DNA of 64,000 nt from an uncultured delta proteobacterium. GTDB taxonomy: Bacteria; Myxococcota_A; Polyangia; Polyangiales; Houyiibacteriaceae. A program made the position numbers and the translations under genes. This document shows, piece by piece, positions 47,436 through 57,942 of the stretch. The stretch spans positions 1,280,001-1,344,000 of the forward strand of contig CAVOVB010000001.1 of the NCBI GenBank assembly GCA_963699755.1. Direction: 5' to 3'. How positions within the stretch are numbered: the first letter of the stretch is position 1; each line of letters opens with the position of its first letter. Under the pieces are notes generated by a model. It searched no databases, was not told the DNA's origin, and was given only the letters and a program-made list of their open reading frames with translations.

Positions 47436-48758
47436 TTGAAGAAGACCTACGTCTTGGACACCAATGTGGTCCTTCACGACCCGTTAGCAGTCTACAAATT
47501 CGAAGACAACGCGGTCGTTCTACCGATCTTCGTAATCGAAGAGGTCGATCAGTTCAAAAAGGAGCTCAGCGAGCTCGGGCAAAACGCCCGCCACCTCTCG
47601 CGCATTCTCGACGAGCTGCGAACGCAGAACGGACACACGCTCGATCAAGGGGTGCCGCTCGAAAACACTGGTGGTCAGCTTCGCGTCGCCGTCCCTGCCC
47701 AGATGCCCAAACGAGCTCCCGGGCCTGGAGAGATGGACCGCTTCATCTTGCAGATGGCGCTCGATCTCCGGGACGAACATCCCGAGCAGCCTCTCGTTTT
47801 CGTAACGATGGATACGAATCTCCGCATCCGCGCCGACGCGCTCGGGCTTCGAGCCGAAACCTACGAAGGAGGCCGTGTTTCGATCGACGAGCTCTACTCG
47901 GGCGTGGTCACCGCTGATGTCGATCGCTCGCTGGTCGACCAGCTCGCCCAACGCGAACGGGTCGATGCCACCGAGCTCGACGTCGAGCTCTATCCGCATG
48001 CCGGGGTAGTGCTTCGCCAGCAGGATCAGCAGAGGCACACCGCGCTAGGGCGCTTCGATCCGAAGATCGGCGCGGTCGTTCCTCTCGGAATTGGGAGGGA
48101 AGGAGTGTGGCGTGTTCGGCCTCGAAACCTCGAGCAGTACTTCGCGCTCGACATGCTCCTTTCGCCCGACATTCATCTGCTCACCTTGGTTGGCAAGGCG
48201 GGCACCGGCAAGACCTTGCTCGCAATTGCTGCGGGTCTTCAGTCCGTCGTTCAAGATGGTGCCTACAGTCGAATGCTGGTCTCCCGCCCGATCTTTCCCA
48301 TGGGCCGCGATGTCGGCTATCTACCGGGGACGGTGGAAGAGAAGCTCAATCCCTGGATGCAACCGATCTTCGACAACCTGGAGTACATCTTCAGTACTGG
48401 TCGCGGGCGGATGTCCGAGCATCGCAACTACGAGGAGCTGCTGGCATCGGGCGTGATTCAGATCGAACCGCTCACCTACATCCGCGGCCGCTCGCTCCCC
48501 AATCAGTTCCTCGTCGTCGACGAGGCGCAAAACCTCACCCCTCATCAAGTGAAAACGGTCATCACACGTTGCGGCGCCGACACCAAGATCGTCCTCACCG
48601 GTGACCCCTATCAGATCGACAACCCATACGTGGACGCTGCGAGCAACGGTCTCACCGTCGTTGCGCAGCGGTTTCAGGGCGAGGACATCGGTGCCCACGT
48701 GACCCTCTCGAAAGGTGAGCGAAGTGAGCTCGCAGAGCGCGCGACCCAGCTCCTCTGA
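47436..48758 (+). CDS. PIN-PhoH family protein (PhoH2/YlaK-like)
   Basis: PIN YVLDTNVVLHDP, DTNLRIRADALG; PhoH GKAGTGKT, GYLPG, YIRGRS, DEAQN, GDPYQID; TTG start. Confidence 0.9.
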   Translation: MKKTYVLDTNVVLHDPLAVYKFEDNAVVLPIFVIEEVDQFKKELSELGQNARHLSRILDELRTQNGHTLDQGVPLENTGGQLRVAVPAQMPKRAPGPGEMDRFILQMALDLRDEHPEQPLVFVTMDTNLRIRADALGLRAETYEGGRVSIDELYSGVVTADVDRSLVDQLAQRERVDATELDVELYPHAGVVLRQQDQQRHTALGRFDPKIGAVVPLGIGREGVWRVRPRNLEQYFALDMLLSPDIHLLTLVGKAGTGKTLLAIAAGLQSVVQDGAYSRMLVSRPIFPMGRDVGYLPGTVEEKLNPWMQPIFDNLEYIFSTGRGRMSEHRNYEELLASGVIQIEPLTYIRGRSLPNQFLVVDEAQNLTPHQVKTVITRCGADTKIVLTGDPYQIDNPYVDAASNGLTVVAQRFQGEDIGAHVTLSKGERSELAERATQLL

Positions 48759-49962
48759 TCACCCTCGCGCTCGCCTCCGCGCAGAGCTCGACGTCGCCCT
48801 GCGCCGTTTGCACAACGCGGCGCGGCTTCTCGTCGGCTCGACCACGCACAGCGATCCAGGCGAACGACACCGGCTCGTCCGATCCGTTGCCAGAGGCGAG
48901 CATGCCAAGCCCCGATGGGAGTGGAAGCCGGTTCCCATCGAGCGAAGCGTCTGGCGTGAATTAGCGTCTGCGAGGAAGCTAGCTGCCGAGACGGAGGCGT
49001 CCGAGCTCTATCTTCCCAGGCTCGAAGAGCTCGAAACGGAGCTGCTGATTCTGGAAAACCTGGGCCGAAGCAAGCAAATTCGTCCGATGGCTGCACGGCT
49101 CTTCGGGACCGGCAGCGAACGGCTTTTTGCCGATGGCGAGCAGACCGTCCTATGCGCAGCGCACGAAATTCTCGCCCACGCGTCCCTAAAGCAAGAGCCA
49201 AAAACGATCCCAGCAGCGTCGGCCAATCGCAGCAGTCTTCGCGAGCTCATGCTCGCGTACGCCAAGCACGTCGGTCTGCACATCGCGGTGCGGGTCGATC
49301 CGGACTTGATCGCGAACGCGGCGGTTGGCGAACGCACCGTCTTCATCGCGGATCGGCTCTTCGGAGCGCACGAAGCGCAACGGCTTGCGACGCACGAGGT
49401 GTACGGGCACTTGGTGTCGGCGTTCAATGGGCGCACGCAGCCGCTCGGTGTATTTGCAATTGGCACCGCCGACTCCTACGGCGACCAGGAGGGGGTCGCG
49501 ATCTATCTCGAGGAGCTTGCAGGCCTGCTCGACGCGTCGCGACAGCGAACGTTGGCCGGTCGCCTGCTCGCAACCCATGCGATGCACGCCGGCGTGTCGT
49601 TCGGTGACGCTGCGCGCGCGCTGGTCAGCGAGCATCAGTTCTCCGCTGCGTGCGCCGTCACTCTCTGTGAGAGGGCGTTCCGGGCGGGCGGCGTCGCACG
49701 CGATGCCGTGTATCTCACGAGCTGGCTGCGCGTGCGCCGTGCTGTAGCCCGTGGAGAGGTCCACCTGAGCGAGCTGCAGCTCGGTAAGGTGTCGCTCAGC
49801 GCGCTCCCAGAGGCCCGCAGGCTCCTTCGTGAGGGGCTGATCAACCAGCCGATCTACTTGTCGAACTTGGCGAGAAGCCGGGGCAGCACCGGAGCAGGGA
49901 CGAGATCCGCGACGTTGCCTCCAAGCCTCGTGACCTCTTTGACCAGATTGGACGCAACGTAG
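48715..49962 (+). CDS. DUF1704 family (QEGLA-motif / tyrosine carboxypeptidase-like) metallopeptidase
   Basis: HEVYGH (HExxxH), NGRTQP, QEGVA, RDAVYL, GKV; start uncertain. Confidence 0.75.
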   Translation: MSEVSSQSARPSSSDHPRARLRAELDVALRRLHNAARLLVGSTTHSDPGERHRLVRSVARGEHAKPRWEWKPVPIERSVWRELASARKLAAETEASELYLPRLEELETELLILENLGRSKQIRPMAARLFGTGSERLFADGEQTVLCAAHEILAHASLKQEPKTIPAASANRSSLRELMLAYAKHVGLHIAVRVDPDLIANAAVGERTVFIADRLFGAHEAQRLATHEVYGHLVSAFNGRTQPLGVFAIGTADSYGDQEGVAIYLEELAGLLDASRQRTLAGRLLATHAMHAGVSFGDAARALVSEHQFSAACAVTLCERAFRAGGVARDAVYLTSWLRVRRAVARGEVHLSELQLGKVSLSALPEARRLLREGLINQPIYLSNLARSRGSTGAGTRSATLPPSLVTSLTRLDAT

Positions 49963-50348
49963 AAGTATGCGTCGTTGGCCATGATGAACACCGTTTCCAC
50001 CTCGGGGTTGAGGTGACGGTTCATGTTGGCCATCTGGAGCTCGTACTCGAAGTCCGCAACCGCGCGGAGGCCTCGCAGGATTACGCGTGCGTTTCTCCGG
50101 TGCGCGTAGTTGACCAGGAGGCCATCGAAGCTGTCGACCTCGATGCGGCCCGGGTCGGCGCCCATGTCAGCTGCCGACTCGCGGATCATCTCCATGCGCT
50201 CGGCGACGCTGAACAGCGGATGCTTCTTGTCGTTGTTCAAGACCGCGACGATGATCTTCTCGAACGCGACCAAACCGCTTTGAAGGATGGCGGTATGACC
50301 CTTGGTGATCGGGTCGAACGAACCGGGATAAACGGCGATGCCTCTCAC
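49854..50348 (-). CDS. coaD: Pantetheine-phosphate adenylyltransferase
   Basis: YPGSFDPITKGH, RGLRAVADFEYE, MANMN, SNLVKEV; GTGA overlap with rsmD. Confidence 0.95.
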   Translation of the reverse strand: MRGIAVYPGSFDPITKGHTAILQSGLVAFEKIIVAVLNNDKKHPLFSVAERMEMIRESAADMGADPGRIEVDSFDGLLVNYAHRRNARVILRGLRAVADFEYELQMANMNRHLNPEVETVFIMANDAYFYVASNLVKEVTRLGGNVADLVPAPVLPRLLAKFDK

Positions 50349-50932
50349 TGCTTGCCTTTCTCGGCCGCGTAGGTGCCGAGGCTGATAGCGGTTTGACCAT
50401 AGCGGTACTCGGCCTCCGGCGCGAGGACATTGGGCCAAATCCAATCGTGGCCAGCCGGGTGCTCCACGACGAGCCATGCACCGACTGCAAGCCGGCCGGC
50501 TGAGACCAACGCGTCTAGAATCGCTGCGATCGAATCGACTTCCGAATAGGGCGCATCGGCAAACACCAGGCTGAAGCCTAGGTCCGAGGGGGGAAGCTTG
50601 CGCACGACGTTTTCTGGCTCGCCCAGAAGGTCGAGTCGGGCCACACGGACCTCCTCGTCGAGGCCGAGCTCTCGCGCGCTCTGCCTGATCTGACGGACAG
50701 TCCGTGGATCGGCATCCACCAGCACGGCATCCGAAGCGCCACGGGATATCGCTTCGAAGCTGAGAGCCCCGGATCCGGCGAAGAGATCCAAGACCTTTGC
50801 ACCTTCAAAGGCTCCACGCGATTCGAGCGCGGAGCCAAGCGCTTCTCGCACTCGATCGGACGTAGGTCGAGTCCCTCGTCCGCTCGGTGCACTAAACCTG
50901 CGTCCCGAAAGTCGGCCCCCTACGATGCGCAT
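50345..50932 (-). CDS. rsmD: 16S rRNA (guanine966-N2)-methyltransferase
   Basis: MRIVGG, TRPTSDRVRE, LDLFAGSGAL, EAISRGA, FADAPY. Confidence 0.92.
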   Translation of the reverse strand: MRIVGGRLSGRRFSAPSGRGTRPTSDRVREALGSALESRGAFEGAKVLDLFAGSGALSFEAISRGASDAVLVDADPRTVRQIRQSARELGLDEEVRVARLDLLGEPENVVRKLPPSDLGFSLVFADAPYSEVDSIAAILDALVSAGRLAVGAWLVVEHPAGHDWIWPNVLAPEAEYRYGQTAISLGTYAAEKGKQ

Positions 50933-50936
50933 GACC

Positions 50937-51932
50937 TCAGAACTCGAGTCGAGCGGTTAGGCCGCCGCGTCGCCTGCTTGCAACCGGTGTGAGCTGCAAC
51001 CGCGCGCGGTCCGAGCGTTTCTTGCTCTTCGCCGACCTCACGAGCAGCCAAGTGCCCACGCCAGCTGAAGCCAATGCCATACTCAAGAACACCCACTGCA
51101 AAGTCTCGTGTCGATCTGCTGTGGAGCACAGAGAGCCAAGTTCTTCAACTCCGAAGTTGCGTCCTGCCGCACAAACGTCGTTCACCTCTGGGCCTGCGAG
51201 CAGTCGAGCGCGCTGGAACGCCGGGTCTTTCTGGACGTTCCGAATCGTGCTCCAGCTCCAAGCCGACAGCCCGAGGAATACGAGCGTTCCGGTGTAGCTC
51301 ACGGCGGCCGGCCAAACGGGAAGCTCCCTGGGTTGCTCGCTCAAGAGATCCAGAGTCGATTGCTGCAAGCCGAGCTCAGTGTCGCGACTCAAGATCAGAT
51401 CCAGAGCTTGCTCCTTGCCGAGCTCGTCGAGGGGGGCATCCGCGAGAGCCTGGACTTCGATCTGTCCCATCACCGCAAGGTCCTGAGGTGTGCTCCGAGT
51501 CTTTGGGAACCGCAATGTGGAGGTCTTCTCGAACTGGCCCGTCGACGCGTTGAAATAGAACAGGTCTGCCCGAAAGTCGTAACCATCGCCGTCCTCGGAG
51601 GGCACCCTCGACACGGAGCCCGAGATCAGGCCGTCCGCCTTGATGCCTTCTGCGATTCTCGAAAGACAGTCTTCATCGGCGGCTTCACAACCGTGAACGA
51701 TCATCAGCTGTTCGAGCGAGACCATGGCACTGTGAAGCTGCCAACCTCGGACGGCGCTCGCGCCTGCGCGAAGCCAGCCCGTCAGCTCATTGGCAACGCC
51801 GTCGTCACCGTCGACTGCCCGTAGCCCGGGCACCGCAACGGCCAGCTCGGTCGGCTCATCCTGAGCGCGGGCGTCCTGAGCGGATGCGAGCACCGCGATC
51901 AAGAGCAAGACTCCCCTAAGCCACTTCTTCAT
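50937..51932 (-). CDS. Hypothetical exported/membrane protein
   Basis: Signal peptide, GC...CL, two C-terminal TMs flanking a Cys pair, tail LTPV...GGLTARLEF of the kind seen in myxobacterial PEGA/TPR proteins. Confidence 0.6.
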   Translation of the reverse strand: MKKWLRGVLLLIAVLASAQDARAQDEPTELAVAVPGLRAVDGDDGVANELTGWLRAGASAVRGWQLHSAMVSLEQLMIVHGCEAADEDCLSRIAEGIKADGLISGSVSRVPSEDGDGYDFRADLFYFNASTGQFEKTSTLRFPKTRSTPQDLAVMGQIEVQALADAPLDELGKEQALDLILSRDTELGLQQSTLDLLSEQPRELPVWPAAVSYTGTLVFLGLSAWSWSTIRNVQKDPAFQRARLLAGPEVNDVCAAGRNFGVEELGSLCSTADRHETLQWVFLSMALASAGVGTWLLVRSAKSKKRSDRARLQLTPVASRRRGGLTARLEF

Positions 51933-52062
51933 TTGCCCCAAGTTCCTACTCAAAAAGAATAGGCAAAACTGAAGCTTGTGGCCAAACGCACGTCCCAGGG
52001 AGGAATTGTCCTACCCTCTGCCAGATGCTACGCCCTTCGGGCCTTTAGGGAAGCTTACCGAC

Positions 52063-53775
52063 ATGCGGAAGATTTGCCTTCGCTGCGGTTCGAAGTTTGG
52101 GAGCCGAGCGGAATACTGTCCACACGATGGCAGCCAGCTCGTGACGGACGATGAGATTGTCGATCCGTTGCTCGGTAGCGTCTTGCTCGAGCAGTTTCGC
52201 ATCGATGAGCAAATTGGTACCGGCGGGATGGGCACGGTCTATCGCGCCCACCAGACCACGGTGGGCCGCGACGTGGCGATCAAGGTCTTGAGGCCTGAGC
52301 TTGCGAGGGATGAGCAGGCCGTCTTCCGATTCGAGCGTGAAGCCCGCGTGGCGATCTCGCTCGACCACCCGAATCTCGTGCGCGTGTTTCTTTCCGGACG
52401 TCTAGGCGATGGAAGGCTCTACATCGTGATGGAGCTGCTCGAAGGCCGATCGCTTGCGGAGGAGCTTGAAGATAATGACCTGCTGTCGCTCGAGCGGGCC
52501 CTGATCATCATCATGAAGCTTTGCGCCGGCCTCGGTGCGGTCCATGCGGCTGGCATCGTGCATCGAGACATCAAGCCCGAGAACGTCTACTTGGTGAAGC
52601 GCGGTCGGGATGAAGACTTCGTGAAGCTCGTCGACTTCGGAATCGCCCGCGTGCTCCAAGCAGAGGGGATCGGGCCGACGACGACACAGAGCGGCCGGGT
52701 CTTCGGAACGGCCACCTACATTTCACCAGAGGCGGCGACCGGTGGGGAGACCGACCAGCGGAGCGACATCTATTCCTTGGGCGTCCTGACCTATCAACTT
52801 CTGACGGGTACGCTCCCGTTCGAAGGCAAGACCGCCGGCGCGGTCCTGATGCAGCACGTGCACCAGGAGCCGCCCATGCTCCAGACCAGAGGCCGGGGCG
52901 CCAGAGTTCCAGATGACCTCGCACAGGTGGTGATGCGCGCTCTCAGCAAGGATCCCGATGCGCGACAGCAAAACTTGGCGGCGTTCCTCGACTCGCTGGC
53001 GGAAGCTGCGGGGAACGCTGGCTTGTTGCGCGACGCGCGGGCCTTGCTCATTGGCACCATCTGGGGCGAGGAGCTTGCGTCGCCTGGCTCGTATCTCGGT
53101 GAGCTTCTCGGGTCTAGCTCGCTGCCAAGCTCGCCATCTTCTCTAGCGGCGACGCAGCCCGTCTCGGTCCCGCGGGATCCGGACGATGAAGAGCTTCTTT
53201 CGTCAGCCCCCCAGCCATTTGGCACCACCTCGCACGAGCTCGAGATTCTGTCGGGGCCCAAGCGCCGAGCAGTTGGCTGGCTCTGGGCCTCACTGGGCCT
53301 GCTGGCTTTGGTATTCGGCGGTGTCGTCGCCGGTACTTGGTGGTGGAAGCGCCCGCCGGCCGCGGTCGCCGACGGGCAGAAGGCCGAGCCGATCGAAGCC
53401 GCACCGATCGCGGTGCCAGCGGACGCTGCAATTGTAGAGGTCGGGACCGACGCGGTCCTCGGGGAAGCGCCCCCGCCAGAGGAGCCACTGGTCGAAGAGG
53501 TCGAAGTTCAGGAAGCGCCGACTGTGGAGCCTGAGCCCGAATCGGGGAAGGCGAAGCCGAAGAAGAAGCGGAAAAAGCCGGTGAAGAAGACGGCGCCAGC
53601 GCCAAAGTCAGCGCCAGTGCTACTCCCGGATTCAGCGCCCGAGCCAGTGCCCGAACCCGACGACGGGATCGATTGGACGGTGCCAGACTTTCCCGAACAG
53701 CCGTCACCTCCCACTGGGACGCCCGACGCCCCCGCGCGCAATCCGGTCGTCATCGACGAACCGCCCGGGCAATAA
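52063..53775 (+). CDS. Membrane Ser/Thr protein kinase (Hanks type)
   Basis: CLRC..CPHDG N-terminus, IGTGGMGTVY, VAIK, HRDIKPEN, DFG, YISPE; TM and Pro/Glu/Lys-rich tail. Confidence 0.92.
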   Translation: MRKICLRCGSKFGSRAEYCPHDGSQLVTDDEIVDPLLGSVLLEQFRIDEQIGTGGMGTVYRAHQTTVGRDVAIKVLRPELARDEQAVFRFEREARVAISLDHPNLVRVFLSGRLGDGRLYIVMELLEGRSLAEELEDNDLLSLERALIIIMKLCAGLGAVHAAGIVHRDIKPENVYLVKRGRDEDFVKLVDFGIARVLQAEGIGPTTTQSGRVFGTATYISPEAATGGETDQRSDIYSLGVLTYQLLTGTLPFEGKTAGAVLMQHVHQEPPMLQTRGRGARVPDDLAQVVMRALSKDPDARQQNLAAFLDSLAEAAGNAGLLRDARALLIGTIWGEELASPGSYLGELLGSSSLPSSPSSLAATQPVSVPRDPDDEELLSSAPQPFGTTSHELEILSGPKRRAVGWLWASLGLLALVFGGVVAGTWWWKRPPAAVADGQKAEPIEAAPIAVPADAAIVEVGTDAVLGEAPPPEEPLVEEVEVQEAPTVEPEPESGKAKPKKKRKKPVKKTAPAPKSAPVLLPDSAPEPVPEPDDGIDWTVPDFPEQPSPPTGTPDAPARNPVVIDEPPGQ

Positions 53776-53784
53776 GCAGGGCCG

Positions 53785-54300
53785 CTAGGGAGCGGCCCTT
53801 CGGTCTCGCCGAAGGAGCAGGCCCCAGAGACGATTGAAGGGGTGCACCCGGTCGACGCGCTCGCCACCGCGGTAGATGGGTCGGTCTTGATTGGCCCAGT
53901 CGAAGAGACCTCCTTCGAGGTTGTAGACGTTTCGAATTCCGGCGCGCTCCAGGTCTTCGATGATCGCCGCGCTTCGATAGCCGATCGAGCAGTAGACGAC
54001 GACCTTGGCATCCTCCGGAATCCTCAGCCCGGCGATGTTCGGACTGCCTGGGTCCAAGGCTTGTGCGCCGCGCAGCTGGCTTAGTGCCTGCTCCTCTGGA
54101 TTGCGCACGTCGAGGAGAACCAGCTCGTTCGCATCCGATTCTCCCATCCAACCAAGGAGCGTTTCGGGCTCGACCCAGCGCACGTCGGGAAAACGTACGG
54201 AGATCAAAGCCCTCCAAGCGCTCGCGCTTCTCGCCGCCATTGCAAACGACATCGTGATGCCGAGGACTAGCACGGCGACCCATGCGGAGCGACGGTTCAA
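53785..54300 (-). CDS. Rhodanese-like domain protein
   Basis: [27 protein letters not shown] start overlapping upstream stop. Confidence 0.8.
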   Translation of the reverse strand: MNRRSAWVAVLVLGITMSFAMAARSASAWRALISVRFPDVRWVEPETLLGWMGESDANELVLLDVRNPEEQALSQLRGAQALDPGSPNIAGLRIPEDAKVVVYCSIGYRSAAIIEDLERAGIRNVYNLEGGLFDWANQDRPIYRGGERVDRVHPFNRLWGLLLRRDRRAAP

Positions 54301-56336
54301 ACCGCCTCCAACTGCTCCGCGAGCTCTCTGGGACTCGTCACCGGGGCCCGACAAAGAAACTGCCGGCAGACGTACGCGGTTGCCTTGCCGTCGATCTGGC
54401 TGCGATTGGCGAGGAGAGGCACAGGCGCATCTTCGCCACCGGGCCCAGCGGCGATGACTTGAAACGGCCGGTACCCGGTTTGCAAGACCGCAAGCAAGGG
54501 CCTGAGCTCGTCTCGAGTGCCAATCAGCGCGATCTCGCGCGGCTCGGCGAGGATGAAGCTGGTGGCATTGAGCCATTGTGCGAAACCCGAAGGATATTGG
54601 CTCATGAACTTGGTCATGGTTGCGACGCTTCGCTCAGCGACCTGCCAGTATTCGCCCTTGCCCGTCAGCAGGCTGAGCCTGAGCAGCACGGTAGCAGCCA
54701 TCGAGCTCGCGCTTGGCACGGCGTTGTCCTGCAAATCCTTGGGACGGTGAATCAGCTGCTCATGGTCGTCCGAGGTGTCGAAGAACCCGCTATTGTTCAA
54801 GTCGCGAAAATGGCCGAGCATCAGCTCCGCCAGCTCCCGCGCCCAGTCGAGCCAGCGCGGCTCGAAGGTCGCCTCGTAGAGCGCCAGCAGGCCATCGGCC
54901 AGAAAGGCATAGTCTTCGAGGTAGGCGTTGTACTTCGCGTCTGCACCGGCTTTCCAAGTTCGGAAGAGACGGCCCGACTCACGCCGCATCGTGCGATACA
55001 CAAACTCGCCGCTCGACCTGGCGGCTGCGATGTAGTCGGGTCGGTCGCAGGCTTTCCCCGCCTCGGCCAGTGCAGAGAGCATCAGCCCGTTCCAAGAGGT
55101 CAGGACTTTGTCGTCGAGCCCGGGCCAGGTTCGCTTGGAGCGGAGCTCATAGAGCTTGCTGCGAGCGGCCGCCATGCGCGCCCTCAGGCGCCCGGCATCG
55201 ATCCCCAGCTGCGCCGCGAGGGCATCCGAGTCGAGATGCAGGTTGAGGATGTTCTTTCCTTCCCAGTTCCCCTGATCGGACACGCCGTACATCCGCATGA
55301 AGGTGTCGGCATCCTCGCCCAGCGCGTCGCGAATCTCGTCGGCCGACCAGACGTAGAACTTCCCTTCGACGCCTTCGCTGTCGGCATCCTGGCTGCTGTA
55401 GAAGCCGCCGTCTTCGTGGCGCATCTCGCGCAGGACGTAGTCGAGCGTTTCCTCGGTGATCCGGAGGTAGAAATCATTGCCCGTGATCTGCCAGGCGTGA
55501 AGGTAGACGCGCGCGAGCTGGGCATTGTCATACAGCATCTTCTCGAAATGCGGGACGAGCCAACGATGGTCGACCGAGTATCGCGCGAAGCCGCCCCCAA
55601 GCTGATCATAGATCCCCCCCTGCGCCATCTTGCGAAGACTGCCCTCGGCCATCTCGAGGGCGTTGGAGTCGCCTGTGCGAACGAATTCTCTGAGCAAGAG
55701 CTCGATCGTCATGGCCTGGGGGAACTTGGGGGCATCGCCGAAGCCGCCCCAGCTCGCATCGAAGCGCTGTCCCAGGCTTCGCAGTGCGACCCGAAGGATC
55801 TCCGGGTCGAGTGCTTGGGCTTCGAAGCCGACGTCCGAAAGCGCTTGAAGCTGCTCGGCGACTTGGCCGGCGCTGCGGACGACGTTCTCACGGTCCTCGT
55901 TCCACGCCTTGGTGATGCCGGTTAGAATCTGCCGGAAGCTGGGCATCCCGTGGCGTGGCTCGTTCGGGAAATACGTCCCCGCATAGAACGGCTTTCCATC
56001 CGGTGTGAGAAAGACCGTCATCGGCCAGCCGCCACGACCGATCATCGCGTTGACCGCCTGCATGTAGATGCTGTCGATGTCGGGACGCTCTTCGCGGTCG
56101 ACCTTCACGTTGACGAAGTCGGCGTTCATCTGCGCTGCCGTGGCTTCGTCTTCGAACGACTCGTGCGCCATGACGTGGCACCAGTGGCACGCCGCATAGC
56201 CGATGCTGAGCAGGATGGGTTTGTCTCGGTCCTCGGCGAGCCGCATCGCTTCTTCGCCCCAAGGGTACCAGTCGACGGGATTGCGGACGTGCTGAAGGAG
56301 ATAAGGGCTCGTTTCGTTCTCAAGATGGTTCGCCAT
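54297..56336 (-). CDS. Thioredoxin domain-containing protein (YyaL/SPATA20, DUF255)
   Basis: [45 protein letters not shown]. Confidence 0.92.
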   Translation of the reverse strand: MANHLENETSPYLLQHVRNPVDWYPWGEEAMRLAEDRDKPILLSIGYAACHWCHVMAHESFEDEATAAQMNADFVNVKVDREERPDIDSIYMQAVNAMIGRGGWPMTVFLTPDGKPFYAGTYFPNEPRHGMPSFRQILTGITKAWNEDRENVVRSAGQVAEQLQALSDVGFEAQALDPEILRVALRSLGQRFDASWGGFGDAPKFPQAMTIELLLREFVRTGDSNALEMAEGSLRKMAQGGIYDQLGGGFARYSVDHRWLVPHFEKMLYDNAQLARVYLHAWQITGNDFYLRITEETLDYVLREMRHEDGGFYSSQDADSEGVEGKFYVWSADEIRDALGEDADTFMRMYGVSDQGNWEGKNILNLHLDSDALAAQLGIDAGRLRARMAAARSKLYELRSKRTWPGLDDKVLTSWNGLMLSALAEAGKACDRPDYIAAARSSGEFVYRTMRRESGRLFRTWKAGADAKYNAYLEDYAFLADGLLALYEATFEPRWLDWARELAELMLGHFRDLNNSGFFDTSDDHEQLIHRPKDLQDNAVPSASSMAATVLLRLSLLTGKGEYWQVAERSVATMTKFMSQYPSGFAQWLNATSFILAEPREIALIGTRDELRPLLAVLQTGYRPFQVIAAGPGGEDAPVPLLANRSQIDGKATAYVCRQFLCRAPVTSPRELAEQLEAV

Positions 56337-56360
56337 GGGCTCGTCGGAGTCTGTGTGGCT

Positions 56361-56549
56361 CTAGGCGCTCCGGTCAACAGTGGTGGATACGCGGCGGGTG
56401 ATGACGAAACAAGCTTCGCCCGCCGCGTTGGCCACGACCGTCATTGCCACGGCGGCAGGGCGAAGGGAGGGATCAAGTTCTTCGGACCGAGCGTGAACGG
56501 CTAGGTTGGTCCTGATCTTTGCTCGCAGGTTTTCGTCAGCCCTAAGCAC
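56361..56549 (-). pseudogene. Truncated CoA-pyrophosphatase-like Nudix hydrolase remnant
   Basis: LRPAAVAMTVV...FVITRR matches the N-terminus of CoA Nudix enzymes, but the ORF stops before the expected H.GQ..LPGG/Nudix box. Confidence 0.55.
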
Positions 56550-56985
56550 CGGTCGGGTTCATTCGACGAAGCTGGTAACGATTCGACGACACCGCTACGA
56601 CCTGACCGTTGGCGTCTTTGAGCTCACAGTCCCAGTCGTAGTCGGCCTTGCCGGCCTCGTTCGCCTCTTCTTGAGTCTTAGCCGCGTATTCGGGGCTGAG
56701 CCGGACTTCTACCGTGATGTCGCTGGTCGCGGGCTTGAGGAACTTGATCTCCATGCCCTTGATGAGCGGATAGAATTGACTTGCGTCGAAGGTCGAGAGG
56801 AAGATCGCCCCGCCGGGAAGCTCGGCGAGGGTGAAGAGGGCGCCCGCGTACATCGTTCCGACGTGATTGATGTTCGGCTGAAGCGGCATCATCATCTTCA
56901 CGTAGCCTGGCGCGAGCTCCAGAACCTTCACTTCCGTCCGTGCCGCAAACGGAATCGCTTTCTCGATGGCGAATTTTGGATCCAT
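56542..56985 (-). CDS. Hot-dog fold thioesterase (PaaI/YiiD C-terminal-like)
   Basis: NINHVGTMYAGALFTLAE, IKFLKPA. Confidence 0.8.
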   Translation of the reverse strand: MDPKFAIEKAIPFAARTEVKVLELAPGYVKMMMPLQPNINHVGTMYAGALFTLAELPGGAIFLSTFDASQFYPLIKGMEIKFLKPATSDITVEVRLSPEYAAKTQEEANEAGKADYDWDCELKDANGQVVAVSSNRYQLRRMNPTGA

Positions 56986-57087
56986 GCGGGCGATATAGCC
57001 CGAAGGCGGCTCAGGGGATAGTGTCGAGGCGTGGTGGTGGGACAATCTGCTGCCGAAGGTGCCCCAGAAGAAGGTACACTTTCCCCG

Positions 57088-57942
57088 ATGCGAAAAGTCC
57101 TCTACGAGCGTGACGGCCGAATAGGCCGCATTACCTTGAACCGGCCCGAGGTGATGAACGCGATCGACAATGAGCTTCCCTCGGAGCTCGCCGAGTGCGT
57201 CGCGCAAGCCAATGCCGACGAGCACGTGCACGTGATCGTTTTGTCGGGGGCCGGCCGCGGCTTCTGTGCCGGCTACGACCTCAAGTACTACGCGGAAGCG
57301 ACCGGTTCGGCGTCGGGGACGCAGGAGATGCCCTGGGACCCGATGAAGGACTACGCCTTCATGATGCGGAACACGGAGCTCTTCATGTCGCTCTGGCGTT
57401 CGTACCGGCCGGTGATCTGCAAGGTACACGGATACGCCGTGGCCGGGGGCTCCGACATCGCGCTCTGCTCCGACCTAATCGTCATGGCCGAGGATGCCCG
57501 CATTGGTTACATGCCGGTGCGCGTCTGGGGCTGTCCGACGACGGCGATGTGGGTGTATCGGCTTGGCCCGCAGCGCGCGAAACGGATGCTCTTCACGGGA
57601 GACAAGATTGACGGCCGCGAAGCGGAGCGAATCGGCCTGGTTCACAAGGCGGTTCCAGCCGAGCAACTTGACGCGGAGGTTGACGCGCTTGCCGAACGCA
57701 TTTCCACTGTGCCCGTCAACCAGCTCATGATGCAGAAGCTCGTCATCAACCAGGCGGTCGAAGCGATGGGCATGCACCAGACGCAAATGTTCGCCACGAT
57801 CTTCGACGGCATCACGCGCCACTCCCCCGAAGGGATCAACTTCAAGCAGCGTGCGGAGCAGCTTGGTTGGAAGCAAGCCGTGCGAGAGCGCGACGACGGC
57901 AGCTTCGACTGGACGAGCAACCGGCCCTTCGAGGAGGGCTAA
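57088..57942 (+). CDS. Crotonase/enoyl-CoA hydratase family protein
   Basis: ITLNRPEVMNA, FCAGYDL, HGYAVAGG, EAERIGLV. Confidence 0.9.
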   Translation: MRKVLYERDGRIGRITLNRPEVMNAIDNELPSELAECVAQANADEHVHVIVLSGAGRGFCAGYDLKYYAEATGSASGTQEMPWDPMKDYAFMMRNTELFMSLWRSYRPVICKVHGYAVAGGSDIALCSDLIVMAEDARIGYMPVRVWGCPTTAMWVYRLGPQRAKRMLFTGDKIDGREAERIGLVHKAVPAEQLDAEVDALAERISTVPVNQLMMQKLVINQAVEAMGMHQTQMFATIFDGITRHSPEGINFKQRAEQLGWKQAVRERDDGSFDWTSNRPFEEG

